A stretch of 64,000 nt of DNA. Source: Hydrolagus colliei. Lineage: Eukaryota. The notes beneath the pieces were generated by a model. It saw only the letters and a program-made list of their open reading frames with translations, did not search any database and had not been told where the DNA came from. Position numbers and translations under genes: made by a program. The stretch spans positions 13,640,001 through 13,704,000 of the forward strand of contig CM068749.1 of the NCBI GenBank assembly GCA_035084275.1, written 5' to 3'. Positions within the stretch are counted from its first letter, which is position 1, and every line of letters begins with the position of its first letter. Shown here in pieces: positions 55,401 to 64,000 of this stretch.

Positions 55401-56187
55401 CACAGATGCTCTACAGCTTAGTTGACAGAATATGTTAAGCACATAGTATGATATTGATATAACTAGGATCACCATTTGTATGGCAGGGTTGAAAACTATA
55501 CCAAGTTGTCTGCACCGAGAATGCCTGGAATTATAGTAGACCTGCCCGGTGTGACTACTCACACTCAAAAGGCACTGGTTAATTCCCCCAAAAGGAATCT
55601 CTTCAAACATGGAACTGATCTTAACCTTGAAAGAGTAAAAGTCCAATCAATATTGCATCTCAGATCCTCCCAGTCACAAGTTCCCTCAACCCACAGCCCA
55701 GAATGTTAAACAATAGAGAACATCTGCTCATTGTGAAGAATCCAGAGATGATTCAATGCTAGTAATGTAAATATATATCACAATGTTAGTAAAGTGTGCT
55801 AAATTTAGCTGAGCTCTATTTCAAATGAAATACTATACTATGGAAACACCACCTTCAGCCAAACCATATTTCAACTACTGGGAGGATTGAATGACTTTCG
55901 AAGTTGACGTCACTGAAGCAAGCTGAAAAGAAACAAAGCTTTGTCCGAGTCATAATTGTAGTTGTTGTAACTCCAGTAGCTTGGTGCAGCAATGCCACAA
56001 ATTGTTTAGGAGATTAATTATAATCCTTAGGAAGGATGGGTAGCTAAAAGCCTAGTTCTTCCTTACTGGAATAGTTAGTATAGCTGCACATGCTGACAAA
56101 CACAAGCAGTAGCAGCAAAACTGCAGGGTGGGGGGTGGGAGAGGAGAAGAGGAGTGTTGGGGATGCAGCTTTGGAAATGCTACTTAC

Positions 56188-56322
56188 GTCGACAGCCCTT
56201 GTGCCAATAATATCCCGGCAGGCACTCATCACACTTAGCCCCTGTTGTTCCCTTCTTACAATCACAAACTCCTGCGCCATTACAACGATCATGGACTGAG
56301 CCAAAGGAGTTACATTTACAGT
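56188..56322 (-). CDS. NTNG1: NTNG1 laminin-EGF exon ([45 protein letters not shown]), phase 1-1
   Basis: Acceptor ttctgcag|, donor |gtaagt; 135 nt. Matches recalled human [36 protein letters not shown]; splices in frame to 42022. Confidence 0.94.
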
Positions 56323-57554
56323 CTGCAGAAACAAGACAACACATACACTGCATAGCTATTCCAAATATAACATGTCTACAAAGCCTAATGCATACCTTTT
56401 TTCTGGAGCTAGTAAAGGATGCTTGTCTCCTGAAGTTTACACCATTTCAAAGCATAATTTAAAAAAAGTTATATTAAGCTCTTGTCAATGTGCATTTTAT
56501 TTGCCTTCATGAATTTTAAAGAACATTTTTAGGATGAAATTAAATATTTTATTACAACGTCTTTTGCAAATTTGCTTTATGGTTAAATAATTTGGTGTTT
56601 GTTCTCAGTGAAAGAGCAATCCGAGAACGAATCAATGTTTTAGAAACACACATTGCAGTGAGGTTGATTTTGGTTAATCCAAGATTGAATGTTAAAATAG
56701 ATTTTTTAACGTTTTCAATTTAGTGGCATCCATGTACTGTACTTCAATGTTGCTGCTTAGGAGCAACATTAAATTACTGTTAAGTTTTGCCAATACCTTT
56801 TCCTGCTTCTATATAACTGTAAAATTGCTTGCATTACATCATTATTTGACATTTAAAGAGTTCACTAAACTAAGTTCCATCTTACAAAGTTATTAATTGA
56901 ACTCTGTTATGTACAATAGTTAATTTCTGCAACACACATCAATTAATACCATATTAGACTAGAACAATTATAACAGGGTTGAATTAAAGAGGAGAGGAAA
57001 GCAATTTAACAAAAACATTTAATCCTAAGGGCAGTCCATTTTAAACACAATTAATTATTAAAGTTTAACAAATTCAATTATCTTTTTGCTTATTACTCTT
57101 AATGCTGCAATAAAATGGATTACTCTCCAGAACAATTAGTGTGTAATCATGTAGTGTCAAATATTTCCAGCATGCTTTCAATAATACAATCAGCAATTTA
57201 AAGCTCAAAGTCTGTTTTACATTGCATTTATTTTTCATTCAATATTCTGTTATTTGTTGATATTAAAATGTTAATATAAGAATTTTGTAAACCAAGCAAA
57301 CAACTTTACTCTTTGCACAAGATGGTATCCGATCCTTAGTAAGAGGAAAAAAAACAATAATTATACAATTAGATTGATTTCTTATATTGCGTTCTCAATA
57401 TATTTGGTTAGATTTGTATATAATGTAAAACCTTCATTCTCCATGTGGTTAGTAAAGGATTCCAAGATGAAATGGTTGGACAGATATAATGGGATAGGGC
57501 TAGATTTGTGACTAGGAGGCCTGATCTCAATTCCAAATGCTCTGAAATTTGAAG

Positions 57555-57749
57555 TCATGATTCCATGTTGGAGGAGAAGTGTGAGGGTTGAAGGCAGTTG
57601 TGAGGTAAAGGCCTGGCAGTCTCTTCCGGCTCTTTCAAGCAAGAGAGTAGATAACTAATCCAGAGTTTCTGTGATCCCTGGGTAAACGTCTTGCGAGCTG
57701 CATTGATGCACATTGGTGCAGACATAACTGAGTGGGAGCAGTCCATTCT
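57555..57749 (-). CDS. Candidate NTNG1 alternative terminal exon (RMDCSHSVMSAPMCINAARKTFTQGSQKLWISYLLSCLKEPEETARPLPHNCLQPSHFSSNMES*)
   Basis: Pyrimidine-rich acceptor ttcttgccgtccgtcttcatcaag|, phase 0 matching the upstream candidate; minus-strand AATAAA at 57227-57232. Confidence 0.5.
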   Translation of the reverse strand, partial: RMDCSHSVMSAPMCINAARKTFTQGSQKLWISYLLSCLKEPEETARPLPHNCLQPSHFSSNMES

Positions 57750-58942
57750 CTTGATGAAGACGGACGGCAAGAATAGAACGTGGATGTGATAAAATAGATA
57801 AATGAAACTACGTTCAATTAAAATCATTTTGTCTTCTTAAAGGTTGTTATGCACAGATAAGAGATAAGGAAGAATGGTATGCAGTGGTGCTTTCTTAATT
57901 CTTGATCTTCAGATCACGGGATCCCAAATTAGATCAGATTGGAGTGTAATAAGCAGTAGCTGTAGTTTCAAAATGCTGAATATGTTTTATATTGCTACAT
58001 AGTTTCATTGAGTGCTGGCTTTAAGTGTATTTGCTGTAAAGTTGTGGACACTCTAACAGGGACTCACTGTACCATTTGGAATAGGCTGGATTCATTAGTT
58101 CAGTAATACTAGGTGTACTAAGCAAGTCTAAGTGAAAGGAAAAATAATATAAACTGAGGTAACAAGATCAAAGTCTAATTAAAAGAGAAGGAATAGTAGC
58201 AGAGGAGTATGACCAGTTCAGATAGTATGGAGAAAACATGGGAATCGGATATACGAATGAGGCTGGGTTACAGCAAACAAATGGAGGCAAACAAGAATAC
58301 AGGAATGAATACAGGAATCTTGTGCGACAAGGAGAGAATGCAAATGAAAAAGAATTGAAGCCAAGATAACAAAAAGAAAAAGGGACTACAGAGAAATCAA
58401 AATAGAGAATGTGTGAGGAAATGGGAATGGAGAAAGGAATAAAAAGATTAGTGTTTAACTAAATTAGCAAGGTGTGGGGTAGAGAAAGAGGGGTAAGTGA
58501 AGAAGTGACCGTTTGAAGAGGAGAGTGGAAAACATAAAATAAAGGTGAGACAGAAGCAGAATAAGAGACTATTCACAAGCATTCAGATTAATTCAGACTT
58601 CAGAAAAAGGTATTAAAATTCACATTATTTCAATCTGAATGCTGCATAGAAGCCCATGGGAAATAGATGCCAAAAGCACTCACTATTTGCTATCAATAAA
58701 GCAACACCTGAGTTGAACAATTCTCCAGCGCAACTGCAAGTGAAATGGATGCTTTTGAAGGATGATCCTTTGAACTATGATCCCTCCGCTGAATGGTTAC
58801 CAGGGGGCCACGGTATCAGATATAATAAATGCCCACAACATAAAATAACTAGCTAAAAAATATATAAAAATACACCTACCTGGCAGTTACTTGTTTCCAG
58901 TCAGTGACGCATGAAGCCAGGAATGAAACATGCAGTGCCAAC

Positions 58943-59028
58943 CTGTGACACATTTGTGCCAATGTGGCATAGTGCATTCACAGTTTGATAAAGGTCAGCA
59001 AAATGCACGTACGCACAACGACATTTTC
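58943..59028 (-). CDS. Candidate NTNG1 alternative exon, 86 nt, phase 1-0 (xKCRCAYVHFADLYQTVNALCHIGTNVSQ)
   Basis: Acceptor ccctattag|, donor cag|gttggc; 3 Cys and an N-V-S sequon; TGCATG just downstream of the donor. Confidence 0.5.
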
Positions 59029-59918
59029 CTAATAGGGCAGATCACTTAAACCCCCTCGACGGAACTTAGGAAAAGAAAGTCTTGGACAGCTTAATTCATT
59101 CTTAAAATTCAATTCATGATTCCTAAAGAGGCATCGAAGAGTCAGGGGCAGAGATGGGGGATTGTGACATTAAATTATATATGGCAGTTCAAACAAAAGC
59201 TGAACTTTATTGGAACAAGTCCAGGTTAGTAGCAAGGACGGGGCTGATAAAGGTATAGATAACACTTTGTGATTTTGGTGATATGGCACTTAAAATGGGA
59301 AAATCCCATTATAATTGCACATTTCAAAATTAACAATGCTTGATTACAAACAGTAAGCATTTAGGAATCTATGTACTAGCCATCATCAGAAACAGGCTAT
59401 GAATGACATTAGGTAAGTCAGCACTGAGGTAAGATGGAGGAATCTCCTGGCAAGTTTGACAAGCTGCGATGAAACTGTTTTGATTGGAATAGCACATCAC
59501 TTCTTGTATCACTATAATATATGCTATATACATCAAAATACTACATGCTGCGCTTTCACATCAATGAAAGTAGAATTTGAAATACAGCTTTTTCTTTTAA
59601 AAAATGCATTCGTAGAGCAAATAGAATCCTTATTTATTTTAATATTTGAGTATTTGCACAGTCTAACTGGTACAATTTCAACACTGTGTTTGTATTATAT
59701 AAGGCATCATTTCTCAAATGAGAAAGCAAGGGCTTCTGTGTTTGCTATACATCTCTGTGTATAGCAATTACTCTGTCTTTAGTTTAGACCAGTGTAAAAT
59801 TAAGGTTTTTTAAATCAAACCCGATTTTTAAAATAATTTCCAAACATTCTTCAAGAAAGAGTGGGCTAAGCCACAGTATGAAACTATACAAACCAAGAGG
59901 TCATAAAAATATACCTAC

Positions 59919-60155
59919 TGGAATTTATGGCCATGGTAACCAAGAGTTGGTTGATGCCAACAGGTCTTGGACTTGCAACTGGAGGTAAATTTGAGAACTT
60001 GCTTAGGACTGAAGTGGGTGATTGGGCCTGGTGAGGATGTCCAGTTGGTATTCTTGTGTAACTGTTGGCTTCTGTTGGCTGTACCTCCAATCCTACATTA
60101 TTTATGAGATTTATGTTATCAAGCATTTCCCCTAATATTTCAGTACATAATCCTC
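59919..60155 (-). CDS. Candidate NTNG1 alternative exon, 237 nt, phase 1-1, S/T/P-rich linker (GLCTEILGEM...SPTSVLSKFSNLPPVASPRPVG...AINS)
   Basis: Acceptor gttttgcaag|, donor cca|gtaggt; open frame, symmetric phase 1 like the real NTNG1 exons. Confidence 0.45.
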
Positions 60156-62670
60156 CTTGCAAAACATGAATATGCACAGAGATAATGTATAACAAAAGGA
60201 CAATGAAGTTCAAGCTGCAGTGTCTATGTTAATACATTTGCTCAGTTCCAATTATTTCTGGGGTTGCATATTAATAGATCTCCACTTTCATTTAAGGTCT
60301 AGTAAATATATCTGTTAATACAATTAGACATGCTATGTCAGCAGCACTCAACACTTGGAAGAACGACCTAAGAAAATAACCCACAAAATAAGAAATAACT
60401 GAAAGAGAAATCCACATTATGTATGTGGACGAAGAACAACTGCACATTTGCATGCCTGACTTGCATTGGTCTGTTTTAGTGTACTGTGATGATAATAGTT
60501 AAGAATAAAGAAACATTGCTTAAAACAATATATGGTGGCTTGTACAGTAATAAATATTAAATATTTGTATAACAATGTACAGTGCTTAATATTCTCTGCT
60601 AAGCCTGGCAAATTAAAATAAACCTAGCTCCCATGAATAGATTTGAATGTAATTTGTGGAAACTGAATTATGGTGCTGTAAAATGACTTTATCGACTGAT
60701 TTAAATCATGTTCAGAAAATGACATTAAAAGTTACTTATTAAAATTATGTCATGTTATCAAAAATGAACAAACCTAAAAAGTTTAATTCCGCCACCCCCT
60801 CCCCCACCACCACCAATTGATAGCTGGAAATGTTTTCTTTCATCTGGGCCAAGATGCCATGGTACTGCATATTTCTTAGAAGAGATAGCAAGTCAATTTA
60901 AGCAAGCAAATCACACACATGGGAATGGAAAGGGAAATGTATTCTGCACTATGTTAACAAAAGCTTCATTCCTAGAATCAATTTCTTACAAGAAATGAGA
61001 AATATCACAAAATGGAATCTGATTAAAATGTTTTTCTCTTGAATAAAACGTACAACTGTGATATACAGGCGATATCTGACACAGAAGCTTTACTGGCTTT
61101 TTAAACAGAATTCTTTAGGAATCTCTAGTTTATGAGATCTGGTATTTCACAATCCCTTGAAGAGCAATGGGTTATCAGAGATAGGCTCTGTATCATTGCA
61201 CAAGACTTGAATGCAATTTTCAGTGGAACACACATGGGAAGTGCAATTACGGTATTACTCTTTGATGAAACAATGTTTGTCCTCATCGGTGTCCATTTCA
61301 AGTATACTGTGACATGAAAGAGAACAGGTTTAATGTAATATTAAACTGTTTAGTGGTGCAGTAGGTTTGCAGAAATAAGAATGCCACAAAGAACATTCTT
61401 ACAGACAATACGGGAAAAGCAAATGTTAGAACTGATCTCTTGGATACCATCTTGTTGCAAAGGTGAATGGCACAAAACATACAGTAATCAACAATGGATC
61501 ATGACTGACAGAATGCCAGTGTGTTTGTATGCTAGTCATAATACAAACAGAGTACATTCTCTGAATTAACTAATTTCTGAAACATGAAGACGGGATGCAA
61601 TGATTCTAAAGGTCCATTTTGGAGCTGTTTATTTGACTATCAATTTAATATGGGTGAAACCATGGATTATGAGTAACCTTTGTTTTCAAACTGGTAAGAT
61701 CAGCACTTTCATACCCAATTAAAATATATGCCAGGGTTCTCTTGTTTATATTTTTCCATTGCAAAATACTGAATTACAATACAATTCACAATATGGATTA
61801 AATGTATACAACTTTATACAACACCCTTCATGTCAAGCGGACATTCGAAACTTTGAAATTACAAAAGCATTCAATTAAACATTTAAAAATTGAATTAAAA
61901 TTGAATTATCGCAAAGAGTAGCTTTATTGATTATTACATGATTTGGTTTCTCTGACATTTGTGAGATTCAGATTTGTTTAATTAGTACACTTTCCTGTGT
62001 TCTGCTGCTTCCCCACCATCACCACCACCTGTGGAGTTAGTATATTGATGCGTATCTGTCTCCTGCAGAGGCTAGACAGATGTTCCCTGAGAAAAAGTCA
62101 AACACTGAAAAGTTGAAGCTTTTAATTGAGACCTTCAGCCCTTATTTGTAGTTAAAATTTGAAATGGATAGTCTTTAGTCTTCCAGATGTTAGATTTAAC
62201 TATTTAGTCAGAAGGCAGGTTGCCTTTCTAAACTGCCAGCCCTAGCGTCCCTTCAGCAGAGGTATTTTAATCTTTGTTTGTGCAGTTAGCTAGTTAAATC
62301 ATCAAATGGAATGACTCTTGCAGTGTCGTTCTGCAGTGGACACTGTACATCACAGCAGATTGAAGGAGGAGGTTAACCTCAGCAGGTAGTGCAGCTTGTG
62401 GAGGTAATTGGAACATGAATAATTGCTTCTTCCACTGAGTCAGCTGAAGCAGCATCCACTGCCAACTATGGCAGTAAGAGAAAACCTCTACTAATAGGTA
62501 GAATCATCTGATAAGTTGTTTGTTAATGGTGCTCAGGCGCCATTCACCTCTCTAGAGAGCTTTTAAAGAAGAGGCCCTATGAGCACTTGAAGTTGATTTG
62601 TGTTTTTCCTCCAGTCGCAGTAAATAAGCAGAACTGGAGACAAGAATGAATGAGTTGTCCTTAGGATTAC

Positions 62671-62766
62671 GAGGCACGCTTTGGATTCTTAAGGCAAGGT
62701 GAGAGGGAGGAGAAATAAAGGACAGAAGCACCTGTACATCATTTTCATCGCACTGCAACCATGTAC
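62671..62766 (-). CDS. Candidate NTNG1 alternative exon, 96 nt, phase 1-1 (xTWLQCDENDVQVLLSFISPPSHLALRIQSVP)
   Basis: Acceptor ttctctgcttccatgtacag|; weak donor ctc|gtaatc. The frame also stays open to a stop at 62552. Confidence 0.3.
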
Positions 62767-63059
62767 CTGTACATGGAAGCAGAGAATAGGTTTCAATGCA
62801 ACCTATATCATTGCATTTTATGTATTTATCCCCAAAGAAGAAAGGTTTGATAAATGCTTCTTTCGGGAAGCTGAATTTTTGAAAATATGTAATATGCAGA
62901 GGTGTTAAAGGCTGAATCTATAGCTGATGGTAACAAACATCTGACTCCATGTTCGTCAGAGGAAGTGATTAAACTGATACTAATGTGTGAAGGAATTTGA
63001 CTTTTGTCAATAAGGAAATGCATGAAAATATTATTATAATATGCTAATAAAATGAAATG

Positions 63060-63217
63060 CTAATAGTAAATGGAGGAACATAGATAGGATGGAATATTGA
63101 AGAGTGATATCAAATGGGATTTGAAGCCTTGAAGAAGAATGGGAGTCGATTGGCTCATGTGGAGAAAAATGCACATCTGATGGGGTGAATGGCCTGTTCC
63201 TGTACTGTAATATTCTG
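63060..63217 (+). mobile_element. Degenerate CR1 3' end
   Basis: Ends ggggtgaatggcctgttcctgtactgtaatattctg, a typical CR1 3'UTR terminus. Short minus-strand stubs of the same end at about 32090, 49120 and 54980. Confidence 0.6.
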
Positions 63218-64000
63218 AACCGAAAATGCACAATTAGAACAACCAGTGTGCTCCTTTCATGAGGAACTCTTGTGAATTCCAGATACATTTTCTGCCCTAA
63301 TACTCTACAACAGATGCATGGGATACATCTTTTTAAAAGAATAACATACTGTGGAGACTAATTTGCAGGTCGGGTTAACCATATGCTAAATGTATATAGG
63401 ATCTTTCATGATGTAACAAAACAATGAAAAGGATTCCAGGTGATTCTGTTTTCACTTTACGATTCATAGGGAATGCTGCGTGAAGGGCCAAGGTCCATAA
63501 ATGCAGGACATTAAGCCTGAAGGAAGGAGAGAAGGAAAAAATAAAGCATAATATTTTAGTTGGGCAAAACCAAGCTTGGGATTCATATATGTCTGTCATA
63601 TAAACTAACTCTTGCCTCTCCTCAGAAGTGGCTGACAGTCATTTTGATAATCCCCAAAGAGAAGTTTAAGTATTAAATTCAAATGCTGTCACAGGCCAAC
63701 TGTTACTTATTGGCAAGTGAGTAATGGGGCTAGTATGAATGTTTAGCTGCCTGACACAGAAAGACAAAATTAATTAAAATACTTTCCAAGTCCACTGTTT
63801 ATTGCTAAATGGGAGAAAAAGAGAGAAAAATAATTGTGACTTCAACTGCACACAGAAGCAGATTAAAATATTAGTTTAATGGCAATGGAGGAAGAGTAAA
63901 CTAGTTCTCCAGTCATGACGTTGTGCTACCTACCACATGATGCAATATCAATTAATCCAAAGGGATTTAACAAAACATCTCCTCTATAACATATAAGCAG

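Noticed and set aside
56044-56334. 96-aa minus-strand ORF over the NTNG1 exon
   Set aside because: Wrong frame; the laminin-EGF reading is in another frame.
56396-56429. 34-nt segment with good-looking AG/GT sites on the minus strand
   Set aside because: Not frame-compatible (stop in phase 0, frameshift in phase 1) and only 73 nt from the next exon.
60417-60470. Cys-containing stretch (ACKCAVV) as another NTNG1 exon
   Set aside because: Poor pyrimidine tract, no convincing donor and no EGF Cys spacing.

Overview
This is AT-rich vertebrate genomic DNA, not prokaryotic. The repeat content suggests a cartilaginous fish, probably a holocephalan (inference): tRNA-derived Deu-type SINEs with L2 tails, CR1 LINEs and LF-SINE-like relics. 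The window holds the convergent 3' ends of two genes that are also neighbours in mammals. VAV3 lies on + (SH2 end exon 1031-1160, an 84-nt cassette exon 4647-4730, C-terminal SH3 exons 9183-9334 and 10370-10426, 3'UTR to about 12050). NTNG1 (netrin-G1) lies on - (laminin-EGF exon 56188-56322, terminal EGF+GPI exon 41793-42022). About 29 kb of repeat-rich intergenic DNA separates them, including a 260-nt N gap. The most interesting signal is a set of phase-compatible candidate NTNG1 exons (62671-62766, 59919-60155, 58943-59028, 57555-57749). They could encode an S/T/P-rich stalk plus a Cys-rich C-terminus without a GPI signal, i.e. a secreted isoform; this is inferred from sequence only. Other notable items: an intact hAT MITE (8-bp TSD) nested in a SINE, a Tigger/pogo-like MITE, a SINE inserted into an LF-SINE-like relic, and a CaaX-like VAV3 C-terminus. 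Comparisons with human proteins and repeat consensuses are from memory and need database confirmation; repeat boundaries are approximate.
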